This document shows, one piece after another, positions 7,323-14,791 of a stretch of 36,589 nt of DNA. The stretch covers positions 1 through 36,589 of IMG/VR virus record IMGVR_UViG_3300048576_000185; one strand, 5' to 3'. The notes under the pieces are model-generated. The model worked only from the letters and a program-made list of their open reading frames with translations, made no database searches and was not told where the DNA came from. How positions within the stretch are numbered: the first letter of the stretch is position 1; each line of letters starts with the position of its first letter. Origin of the DNA: a virus. Made by a program: the position numbers and the translations under genes.

Positions 7323-8438
7323 TTACAGCTCAATATCATCCACCACCGATTGCATCTCATCCATCGATGGCGTGCAATATCGCAGGGTGGTGGTTAATCG
7401 CTTATGCCGTGCCAGCTTGTTGGCGAACACCAGACCAAATTTTCTTTCCACCAGGTGGATGAAGGTGTGCCTTAATCGATGGGGAGTGACCGGCGCATCA
7501 AGCTGCGCCCGCCGGGATACTTCGGCCACCACACGCTGAACCGTTCTCCGGCTCAAATTCCCTTCATCATCACCGGGGAAGAGGTGTTGTTGAACCTCCT
7601 TCCCGGGGATGATTTCCACCCAGGCCTTGAGAGCTGCCCGCAGTTGGGGCGCGAGCGGCACATCCCCTGTCAGATGCCGCTTGCTGTCATATACCAGCAC
7701 CCTGCCGGATCTCGGGTTGAGGGTGATGTCGCCGATCTGCAGGTGGGTCACTTCGCTCTCCCTCAGGCCGGCTGTCAGCATCAACTGGCAGATCGCCCGG
7801 TCGCGGATGGCCTGCTGTCGCTGCAGGTCAGTCCGCGCCGTGTTGAGATCGGCCTCCAACTGGCGCACGAACAGCCGTCGGTCCTTTTCCAACAGCCAGC
7901 GCGGCGCCAGATCCACCTGGTCCATGCGGGTGAGGTCCCTGGCCGCGTCTTCCTGGATCAAGCCCAGACTGAGCGCCCATTGGGAAAGCTTGCGCAGAGC
8001 CACCATCCGCCGGTTCCAGGTGGCCGGGCGGATGTGCTGCTTTTCGCATTCACGCTGAAAGGAACGAAAATCCACCCGGTTGCAGTCGGATGGATGGAAG
8101 GGAGATCCATAAATTTCCCGATACCAGCGGGAATAAATACCCAGATCAAAGGCATAACTGTGGATGGAGTTATCCTCGAGGGTCTTGCCAGGCTTGACCA
8201 TCGAGCGCAGCCAGGCTGCGAAATCATTGATCCAACGTGGGGGGGAGGATGGATCATCCGCCCCCATTTCGGCGCTCATCTCGCATCCGGTTACAAGGCA
8301 CCGGGCTTGCGCCATTTTGTCGAATTCGGGATCCTGTGAAAAATCAGGATCATGGCTCACCTGGCAGGCGAATGTTTCAGTTTTTCCTTCCCTGCCTATG
8401 ATATATTTGCTGATCATAATCGGCTGCTGATCACTCAT
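7323..8438 (-). CDS. Tyrosine recombinase (phage integrase / Xer-like) with a ~70-aa N-terminal extension
   Basis: Start at ATG 8438 (MSDQQP, with GGAGGTG upstream). SAM-like core-binding region: WINDFAAWLRS...ATWNRRMVALRKL. Catalytic signature: AGLRESE ... HRLRHTF ... LARHKRLTTTLRY. Confidence 0.85.
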   Translation of the reverse strand: MSDQQPIMISKYIIGREGKTETFACQVSHDPDFSQDPEFDKMAQARCLVTGCEMSAEMGADDPSSPPRWINDFAAWLRSMVKPGKTLEDNSIHSYAFDLGIYSRWYREIYGSPFHPSDCNRVDFRSFQRECEKQHIRPATWNRRMVALRKLSQWALSLGLIQEDAARDLTRMDQVDLAPRWLLEKDRRLFVRQLEADLNTARTDLQRQQAIRDRAICQLMLTAGLRESEVTHLQIGDITLNPRSGRVLVYDSKRHLTGDVPLAPQLRAALKAWVEIIPGKEVQQHLFPGDDEGNLSRRTVQRVVAEVSRRAQLDAPVTPHRLRHTFIHLVERKFGLVFANKLARHKRLTTTLRYCTPSMDEMQSVVDDIEL

Positions 8439-8781
8439 GGGCCACCTCCGCTCGCTCTGGTCCGGTCTGGATGAAGGTTCCCGCGATCGGCAGCGATTTG
8501 GCGAAGGTGAGCATGGCATCTTCCCCCGGCTTGAGCCAGATATACAATTTCAGGGTGGGGATATCTGTCGCCGTCCTGGCTCTGCCCGCTCCGAAGCGCC
8601 GGTTGGCATTGTTCATGATGTTGCGCTGGTCCTTTTTCAGCTCGCCGAAGTCATCATATTGCACCACAATGGCCTTGCCCGGGATGAGCTGCTCGGCCAG
8701 TTGTTTGCAAAAACTGTCCCCATATTGCTTCAAATTGGTGGGGATTTCGGAATAACCGAGTACGGTACGCTTTCTGTCCAT
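8431..8781 (-). CDS. Hypothetical early protein (116 aa)
   Basis: GGAGGG SD upstream of ATG 8781. Its 3' end overlaps the tyrosine recombinase start by 8 nt. Confidence 0.55.
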   Translation of the reverse strand: MDRKRTVLGYSEIPTNLKQYGDSFCKQLAEQLIPGKAIVVQYDDFGELKKDQRNIMNNANRRFGAGRARTATDIPTLKLYIWLKPGEDAMLTFAKSLPIAGTFIQTGPERAEVAHE

Positions 8782-8834
8782 TCTGCCCTCCAGAAGGAAA
8801 TAAAAAATTATTCAGCCACTCTAGAAAGAGTGTG

Positions 8835-9032
8835 CTATTCTGAAATTGCTGTTTGATTTGGTTGTGGTGAGGTATGAGGTTCGGAAGAAAATCTATGGTC
8901 CTCATTCCATTGGGTGATGATTTGCCTAACGGAAGCTGATCTAGAAATTCGATACTTCTCTTCATATGCTTTCAGGATTGAAAGCTCACTCAAAGAAAGG
9001 GAAATTGAAATTTTTTCTATAGTCTCTTTCAT
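8835..9032 (-). CDS. Ribbon-helix-helix (CopG/Arc-like) DNA-binding protein. First gene of the early operon; Cro-like by position.
   Basis: KISISLSLSELSILKAYEEKYRISRSASVRQIITQW fits the beta-strand/helix/helix RHH pattern (sRSxxIRxAI). ATG 9032 has GGAG 7 nt upstream. The track start at 9038 is a GTG. Confidence 0.6.
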   Translation of the reverse strand: MKETIEKISISLSLSELSILKAYEEKYRISRSASVRQIITQWNEDHRFSSEPHTSPQPNQTAISE

Positions 9033-9058
9033 GACCACTCTCCGCTAGCGTAATTTTT

Positions 9059-9074
9059 TACTCGCATACGAGTA
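9059..9074. promoter_or_regulatory. Operator-like inverted repeat TACTCG-cata-CGAGTA, overlapping the -10/+1 of the early promoter. A degenerate second copy, TACTCcgcGAGGA, lies at 9078-9090.
   Basis: Read directly. The position between two divergent regulator genes supports the call. Confidence 0.5.
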
Positions 9075-9101
9075 TTATACTCCGCGAGGAAATAGTGTCA
9101 A
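9074..9101 (-). promoter_or_regulatory. Early (lytic) sigma70-type promoter: TTGACA, 16 nt, TATAAT
   Basis: On the minus strand the -35 TTGACA is at 9101-9096 and the -10 TATAAT is at 9079-9074. Both hexamers are perfect consensus, and the promoter lies about 40 nt upstream of the RHH ATG. Confidence 0.75.
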
Positions 9102-9141
9102 GTGGTAGCATAAAGTATCAAATGTTAGCTAGAATAGGAAT

Positions 9142-9558
9142 ATGGAAGATAAACGCGAAAAAGTCATGTTATGGTTTAACGAAAAATTTCTTTGGTATCA
9201 GAGCCAACAACCAAAGAAAAGGGCAACAATTGAGGAATTCGCCAATTTTATAGAAATCCCAGACGCTTCTCTGGGTCATTATATGAATGGTCGGAGAATT
9301 CCTTCCTTTGAAGTGTGTATGAAAATAGCGAAAAAATTAGGTGATTATTCGCTTTTACCTATTTCTGGGTTTGATTTGCCAGGGGAAGTCATAACATTTG
9401 ATTCACTTCCCCCTGAAACACAGTCCATGTTTATGCAAGCAATTGGAGAAATCAATTCTTTACTCAAATCAAAAAATGTGAGTAATGAGGACGAAGCCTT
9501 CAAAATAGCCTCTGAAGTATTTGCATCGCATTCATTGCGCGCCGCAAAAGTAAAATGA
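9142..9558 (+). CDS. XRE/cI-type helix-turn-helix repressor (138 aa). No S24 autocleavage domain is evident.
   Basis: ATIEEFANFIEIPDASLGHYMNGRRIPSFEVCMKIAKKLG matches the XRE HTH pattern. It is divergent from the RHH gene. Confidence 0.75.
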   Translation: MEDKREKVMLWFNEKFLWYQSQQPKKRATIEEFANFIEIPDASLGHYMNGRRIPSFEVCMKIAKKLGDYSLLPISGFDLPGEVITFDSLPPETQSMFMQAIGEINSLLKSKNVSNEDEAFKIASEVFASHSLRAAKVK

Positions 9559-9638
9559 TTTGAAGTCTTTGTAACCACAATGATCATATGTAACCCTCCA
9601 TTTATAAAAAAAGTATAGCACGGATGTTCTATTAGTCA

Positions 9639-9656
9639 ACTGTAACTACTTACAGT
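9639..9656. repeat. Inverted repeat ACTGTAA-ctac-TTACAGT in the intergenic region upstream of the membrane-protein/recombinase genes
   Basis: Read directly. It is flanked by direct AGTCAA repeats at 9634-9639 and 9655-9660. Its function is unknown; it could be an operator or an attP arm. Confidence 0.4.
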
Positions 9657-9680
9657 CAATCATTGAATAGGGGTGAAGAA

Positions 9681-10181
9681 ATGAAAAAAATCACACAAAT
9701 CGTTGTTATCATTCTAATTGCTCTTATGGTCTTTGGTTCTGGCTTTCTCATGAGAGACGTGATCCAACCACAAAATAGTTTCATCATCAAAATTGCTTCC
9801 GGAAGCACGCCTACCCCTGAAGGATGCAACCCCCAGGAAGTGGCGGTTTATTTCTCAATTCTTAATCAGTTTATGAATAATTTCAACGACCTGGATACTA
9901 TCGCCAGATCCACCAGCCGTATCAACCTGACTACTCCCATCATGAAAATGCAGGAAGTAAAACAGCAATTCCAACAAGCCTCCGGCCCCAAATGCACTGC
10001 CACAGCCACTGATTACTTCCTGACCTATATGGAAAAAGATATTAATGCCTACCTGGCGTTCTCGACAGAAGCTCCCGATGCCGAGGTTACCAAACAATTG
10101 AAAGACGCCAGGGATTTCCACGATCTGACAATTTCAGAGATTTCCAACGTTCAGCGGTGTATGCCTAATTGTAAGAATTGA
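9681..10181 (+). CDS. Signal-anchored extracytoplasmic Cys-containing protein (166 aa). Candidate lysogeny-expressed superinfection-exclusion protein.
   Basis: ATG 9681 has AGGGGTGAAGAA upstream; the track start at 9663 is a TTG. N-terminal TM segment: ITQIVVIILIALMVFGSGFLM. Four Cys residues lie in the soluble part. The gene sits between the repressor and the integrase. Confidence 0.65.
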   Translation: MKKITQIVVIILIALMVFGSGFLMRDVIQPQNSFIIKIASGSTPTPEGCNPQEVAVYFSILNQFMNNFNDLDTIARSTSRINLTTPIMKMQEVKQQFQQASGPKCTATATDYFLTYMEKDINAYLAFSTEAPDAEVTKQLKDARDFHDLTISEISNVQRCMPNCKN

Positions 10182-10187
10182 TTGATT

Positions 10188-11822
10188 ATGCAATCTCGCA
10201 ATCCATTCCCCCCTGGTTCTCTGGTCGCCGCCTACCTCCGCGATAGCGGCGGCGGCGGCCAGGATCTTTCTGTATCCCAGCAACAGGCCGAGCTCACCCG
10301 CTTCGCCGCTGAAAACGGCCTGATCATCTCGCGCGTGTTTGTCGATATCGCCAAAACCGGTACCACCACCGTTGGCCGTGAAAGTTTCGATGAAATGATC
10401 ACTTATTTTCAACAGAACGGCCCACAGCGCCTCGAAATTGGCATCATTTTGTGGTCATTCTCCCGCTTTGCCCGCGAAATGGATGACAGCTCCTACTACA
10501 AAGCCATGCTCCGCATCCAGGGCTACGAGATCCACTCCCTCTCCGATCCCATCCCATCCGGACTTGAAAAACCCGATCAGCGCCTGCTCGAAGCCGTCTA
10601 CGATTACAACCACGCCCGTTTCATCCTCACCCTCCAGAAGGATGTGAAGCGCGGCTTATATTCCATCTTCAGGGAATACGGTGCCCTGGGCGGGCTGCCG
10701 CCCCGCGGCTTCAAGCGCGAAATCATCACCCTCCCCAATCACCGCTCGGGCGAAAAACACACCATCGCCCGCTGGGTCCCCGACCCGGATCTGTGGGAGA
10801 CCTGCCGCCTGGCCTGGCAGATGCGTGCCGCCGGCTATTCCTACCGCGAGATCCACGAACGTACCCACCTCTATAGCTCCCAGGGCTCCTACGCCACCTT
10901 TTTCAGCAATCGCATTTACCTGGGAGAAATGACTTTTGGGGATGAGATCGTGCCCGATTACGCCCCCGCCCTGGTGGATCTCGACACCTGGAACAAGGTC
11001 CAGGAATACAACCATCGCAATAAGATGATCAGCTCCCCCAAAATCGGCAACCCCGATCACTCCTCCCGCACCAACTCCCCCTACCTGCTCTCAGGGTTGG
11101 CCTTTTGCCCGTGTGGCGCCCATCTCAACAGCCACAAAATCAAATTCTCTCGCGGGTACGTCCGCACCTATTACCGCTGTGCCAGCTACAAAAAAAGCGA
11201 GGTTGAACACACCCGCCAGATCCCGGCTGAAGAACTCGAGGAGAAAATCGAAGAATTCATCCTCGAGAAGATCCTCTCCCCCTACAACCTGATCCAGATC
11301 ACCTCCGCCTACTATGATGATTACGCCAGCCATAAGTCAAAACTGGTCCAGGAACGCGGCCAGATCCGCCGGGTGCTCAGCCGGAATAAAACCTCCATCA
11401 CCCACCTCATCCACACCATCAAACTGACCGGACCCAACGCCGCCCTTGGCCGCGAGGTTGCCGGGCTGGAAGAGGAAAACACACGCCTCGAGGAACAGGC
11501 CCGCATCCTCGATGCTGCCCTCAACTCCCAACCGCCCAAACCCAACCGCGAGGAGCTGAACAACATCTCAACCTACCTGCGCCAGGCGATTAAAACAAAA
11601 GAAACGGCCGAAAAGCGCCGTTTCCTGCGAGGAATCATCACTAAAATCATTGTCAACCGTACCGAAAATCAGGTTGAAATCACAATCTACTATATAAATC
11701 CAATCTCAATATTTAGAGCTGAGCAGTGTGCCCCTGCGGGGGTTCATTGGCCAACTCTAAATTTCACATTCACCTACAAAAATGATCGGAAAAAATACAC
11801 TTACAAACAAAAAAGTCCCTGA
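10188..11822 (+). CDS. int: Large serine recombinase (phage integrase type)
   Basis: Resolvase-type N-terminus: AAYLRDSGGGGQDLSVSQQQAEL. Recombinase domain. Zinc ribbon: CPCGAHL...YYRC. Long coiled-coil segment (LEEENTRLEEQARILDAAL). The ATG lies 6 nt after the stop of the upstream gene. Confidence 0.9.
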   Translation: MQSRNPFPPGSLVAAYLRDSGGGGQDLSVSQQQAELTRFAAENGLIISRVFVDIAKTGTTTVGRESFDEMITYFQQNGPQRLEIGIILWSFSRFAREMDDSSYYKAMLRIQGYEIHSLSDPIPSGLEKPDQRLLEAVYDYNHARFILTLQKDVKRGLYSIFREYGALGGLPPRGFKREIITLPNHRSGEKHTIARWVPDPDLWETCRLAWQMRAAGYSYREIHERTHLYSSQGSYATFFSNRIYLGEMTFGDEIVPDYAPALVDLDTWNKVQEYNHRNKMISSPKIGNPDHSSRTNSPYLLSGLAFCPCGAHLNSHKIKFSRGYVRTYYRCASYKKSEVEHTRQIPAEELEEKIEEFILEKILSPYNLIQITSAYYDDYASHKSKLVQERGQIRRVLSRNKTSITHLIHTIKLTGPNAALGREVAGLEEENTRLEEQARILDAALNSQPPKPNREELNNISTYLRQAIKTKETAEKRRFLRGIITKIIVNRTENQVEITIYYINPISIFRAEQCAPAGVHWPTLNFTFTYKNDRKKYTYKQKSP

Positions 11823-11840
11823 TCTCTCAGGGGCTTTTTA
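11811..11840. terminator. Bidirectional intrinsic terminator between the convergent recombinase and endolysin genes
   Basis: AAAA-GTCCCTGA-TCTC-TCAGGGGC-TTTTTA. The 8-bp stem has one G-U pair on the plus strand and one mismatch on the minus strand. An A-tract lies on one side and a T-tract on the other. Confidence 0.75.
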
Positions 11841-11907
11841 TCGTAAGCGGTTTTATCGGTTCCCATCTTTTATGTTATGTCTGCGCAATCAAATCCATCA
11901 CCTCCCT

Positions 11908-12864
11908 TCAATCCACATTCCAGCCAGCGGCGACCGCCAGCGTTTTCAGCCGTTCAATCTGACCGGGTTGATCCAGCTCTTCCCAGTGTTTATGTACCCC
12001 TGCAGTTGGATCAGTCTCTGCCGGCTGCGGATCCGCTGCCCGGGTGGATCCAGACTCTCCCCAGGGCGGCATCTCCGCCAGGGTCGCCCAGGCGAAGGGA
12101 ATATGCTGGGTATCAAGGGCATGCTGCATGGACCACCAGCTCACACCCACCATCCCCAGCTCACGTGCGCGTTGCTCAAATGCGATCATCGCCGCCCTCG
12201 AGGGCACACCGCCATCACCGATATATGCCCGCCCGATCGGCACGATCGGGATATCTGTGACTTTACGCCACTGTTCGATGGACGAATTGAGATTCGAGAT
12301 CGCACTGGCCACATCATCCACCACGTGTTCTGTGCCCCAATAGACCATCGGCATGCCAAAATCCGCGGCGCCATAACCTTTGGATGTCGCAGCCCATAGG
12401 ATGGATTTGGGATGCCAGGTACCGCCCGTGGATGATTGGTAGCATGCCCACCAGCACCACCCCGCCAGGCAGCCTGCCGGCGCCGCGCCGTGGAAAGCTT
12501 TCACCAGGGCAGATGCGAACGAATCGGGAGATTTGGCATTATCCACCGCCACTTCTGCATCAAACACCCACCCGGTCAACGAGAATTTCTTGCAGAACCC
12601 GGCCACCCTGGCGCCCTCTGCTGAAGGTGTCAATCCATAGACGGCGCATCCCCCAAACACGTGGATCCCCACCGTCTGCAGGGCTTTGACCAGGTTGATT
12701 CGTTGAGTTTCTTCCCAGTTCGTGGACCGGGTCGAGTGCAGGACCGCAGATTGGAATTTCCCCGCCTGCAGAGCGGCCACAATTTTCCCGATATCCCCGC
12801 CGTAGATCTCGGGGATGCTCCAGATATAAATATTTTTTCCGATGGTTTGTTTTAAGTCGCTCAT
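11908..12864 (-). CDS. Putative endolysin, TIM-barrel glycosidase-like (possibly GH25-like muramidase)
   Basis: Start at ATG 12864 (MSDLKQ, with AGGAGGA upstream) rather than track position 12930. It is the last gene of the late operon, after the fibre gene. Alternating beta/alpha pattern with GWVFDAE and VGIHVFGG. The family assignment was made by eye only. Confidence 0.5.
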   Translation of the reverse strand: MSDLKQTIGKNIYIWSIPEIYGGDIGKIVAALQAGKFQSAVLHSTRSTNWEETQRINLVKALQTVGIHVFGGCAVYGLTPSAEGARVAGFCKKFSLTGWVFDAEVAVDNAKSPDSFASALVKAFHGAAPAGCLAGWCWWACYQSSTGGTWHPKSILWAATSKGYGAADFGMPMVYWGTEHVVDDVASAISNLNSSIEQWRKVTDIPIVPIGRAYIGDGGVPSRAAMIAFEQRARELGMVGVSWWSMQHALDTQHIPFAWATLAEMPPWGESGSTRAADPQPAETDPTAGVHKHWEELDQPGQIERLKTLAVAAGWNVD

Positions 12865-12902
12865 GTTTAATCCTCCTATTTCGAATGGACAGATTTGTGA
12901 GA

Positions 12903-14354
12903 TTACAATTCGCTTTCGACCATGATCCAATCGGTTGTAGTATTCCCCACTCCGATATCCCTGAAGGTCGATGCGGTTGATGCCGCGGCGGTACCATAAA
13001 GTTTCAATATGCTTCCAGAGGTGTGTTCCGAAAGGGTTCCCAGTAGTATGGCAACCTGCGCAAGACCGCCCCCAAGATAAAAATTCGCGGCCGCCGAACA
13101 GCTAAAGGTGGCGGTGGCGTAATTCCTCATAGGTGTCGGTAGGCTAAGATACCCATAAAAATTAGTACCGGTTGCCTGAACATAAGCCCAGGTCAGAGAG
13201 GCGTACGCGACAGCTAGAATATCTTTCCAACAATATCGCTGACATAACTCCAACTCTTGACCTGTTGGCTTTGGTAACCACGCCTGAACAGTGGACGCGA
13301 TATATAATCCAGCCTCTGAAATAAGCACATAATCACTTGCGTGCGCCGGAACATCCTCTGTCCAGATCAAGATGATCAGGTTGTTGCATGATTGCGATAC
13401 CGTTCCAGTAACACTCAATTGCGTGATTGTGTTATGGGCAGCAGATATCTGAGCAGTCCCAATGAGGGTTAGGGATGTTGTATTAAAGAAGTTCCCGGTT
13501 GTGTAGGTACCTGACGTCCAGTCGTTGATGATATCGCTGGTGACCGCGTCGGCGGTCCCTGTCCATTCCAGGATGGCAATCCGCATGTCAATTGTTCCAG
13601 AGCCGGCATTTTTCACCGGTTTCACCAGGCATTGAGCGATGATTGATTTACCCCTTGCCTGGATGCTGTTTGCACTCTCAACAATCTGTTCAATGCCGTG
13701 CCGGTAGCTCGTACCGCCGGCGGTCAACTTACACGAATAGGGCGAGTTGGTCAGACCGGTTGAGCGCTGAATAGTTGGGTTGGATCCCTGGATAAGAGAA
13801 TTCCATCGGTCAGGGGCGTTGTAAATATCATCGGTCATGGTCACCGCGCTTCCAGTTCCACCGCGCTGCCATATATCGAACCCGCCATTTATCAATATGT
13901 TCGCTGATGTTGGATTTGTCCCACCACCCCCACCCGAAACCATCGCCCACGCGGATCCGGATGGAACAAAGATTTTGGTTTCCCCCTGCGCAACCGTGCC
14001 TATCGTTGTTGCCGCTGCATTTTTGACCGTAATCGTTTCGGCGGCATCCGCCGTATTGATGATCACGAATACATGGTTGGATGTGGCATTCGCCGGCAAT
14101 GTGACATCCCTCGCGGATCCATTCGGGTCCAGCCATTGCAGCGGACTATCCCCATCCACCAGGGAGAGATTGGCAGCCATGGAATAGGTGCGGCTGAAAT
14201 AGGCCACAAGCTCTGTTCTGGCCAGCAGGGTCTCCATGGCCGTGATCTCTTCATAAGCTCTGCTGAATAGTACTGCCGCGCAAGTATCCCCCGCCAGACC
14301 ATCCACCAACGCAGGTAAAAAGGTTTGTATCCCACCCGGAAAAACCGCCGTCAT
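12903..14354 (-). CDS. Tail fibre / receptor-binding protein
   Basis: Its position is distal in the tail module. Gly/Thr/Ala-rich shaft ending in SGGGGGTNPTSANILINGGFDIWQRGG, a motif common at the start of fibre-tip domains. Confidence 0.7.
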   Translation of the reverse strand: MTAVFPGGIQTFLPALVDGLAGDTCAAVLFSRAYEEITAMETLLARTELVAYFSRTYSMAANLSLVDGDSPLQWLDPNGSARDVTLPANATSNHVFVIINTADAAETITVKNAAATTIGTVAQGETKIFVPSGSAWAMVSGGGGGTNPTSANILINGGFDIWQRGGTGSAVTMTDDIYNAPDRWNSLIQGSNPTIQRSTGLTNSPYSCKLTAGGTSYRHGIEQIVESANSIQARGKSIIAQCLVKPVKNAGSGTIDMRIAILEWTGTADAVTSDIINDWTSGTYTTGNFFNTTSLTLIGTAQISAAHNTITQLSVTGTVSQSCNNLIILIWTEDVPAHASDYVLISEAGLYIASTVQAWLPKPTGQELELCQRYCWKDILAVAYASLTWAYVQATGTNFYGYLSLPTPMRNYATATFSCSAAANFYLGGGLAQVAILLGTLSEHTSGSILKLYGTAAASTASTFRDIGVGNTTTDWIMVESEL

Positions 14355-14782
14355 TTGTCACCATCCTCTCGAAAATAAACCTGCAGGCTCGCTGGCACCT
14401 GGTGGATTTCGCCCCCGGCCATCGCCCAGATCTCTGCATACAGCTCCCGATACCCACCCCAGCCCCCCGCCCAGAACGCGTCAGAATAAATCTGGCTCAC
14501 CGGATCCCTGGGAGCGTTGATCCCTGGGAAATGCCCGATCCGCCAGGCATTGGCATCCCGCAGATCTGCCGGCAGTTGCCACTGCACCTGGTTGTAGATC
14601 TCCACCGCCCGCTGGAATTCCTTCCCCTGGCTGATATTCCCCAGCCGGTGATCCAGTTGGTGCCCCAGCTCGTGCAGCCTGGACCAGTCATCCGTGTAGT
14701 GCATCGCCCCGCTGATCGGGTCATACCATCCCCTGGCCTGCTGGCTTTTGATCAATTTTTGTAGGATCTGATTAAGGCCCAT
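14351..14782 (-). CDS. HExxH zinc-metallopeptidase-motif protein in the tail module
   Basis: HELGHQLDH is encoded at 14660-14674 (CAC GAG CTG GGG CAC). AGGAGATAAGG SD. ATGA overlap with the fibre gene. Confidence 0.55.
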   Translation of the reverse strand: MGLNQILQKLIKSQQARGWYDPISGAMHYTDDWSRLHELGHQLDHRLGNISQGKEFQRAVEIYNQVQWQLPADLRDANAWRIGHFPGINAPRDPVSQIYSDAFWAGGWGGYRELYAEIWAMAGGEIHQVPASLQVYFREDGDK

Positions 14783-14791
14783 CCTTATCTC

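Noticed and set aside
7479-8339. Long plus-strand ORFs antisense to minus-strand genes. These include this 286-aa ORF and also 586..1108, 15255..16094, 18325..19146, 19943..20692, 23556..24614 and 26685..27563.
   Set aside because: Their translations are Arg/Pro/Gly/His-rich low complexity, they lack SD sequences, and they lie opposite ORFs with clear domain signatures. They are typical shadow ORFs of G+C-rich coding DNA.
8654-8965. 103-aa ORF overlapping the RHH gene and the 116-aa gene
   Set aside because: It has no SD and is out of frame with two ORFs that have good starts. Its product has no features.
8431-9032. RHH gene plus the downstream 116-aa gene as a toxin-antitoxin pair
   Set aside because: The 116-aa protein shows no toxin-family motif that I recognise. 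The RHH gene occupies the Cro position of the switch, and the pair is followed by a coupled recombinase. The early-operon reading is simpler.
12903-14354. Diversity-generating retroelement targeting the fibre gene
   Set aside because: No reverse transcriptase gene is present, and no template/variable repeat pair was visible anywhere in the genome.
14660-14674. Assigning the HELGHQLDH protein to the ImmA/IrrE (M78) antirepressor protease family
   Set aside because: The motif resemblance is too short to carry this. The gene is in the late tail module, far from the repressor. I left it as a generic HExxH metallopeptidase candidate.
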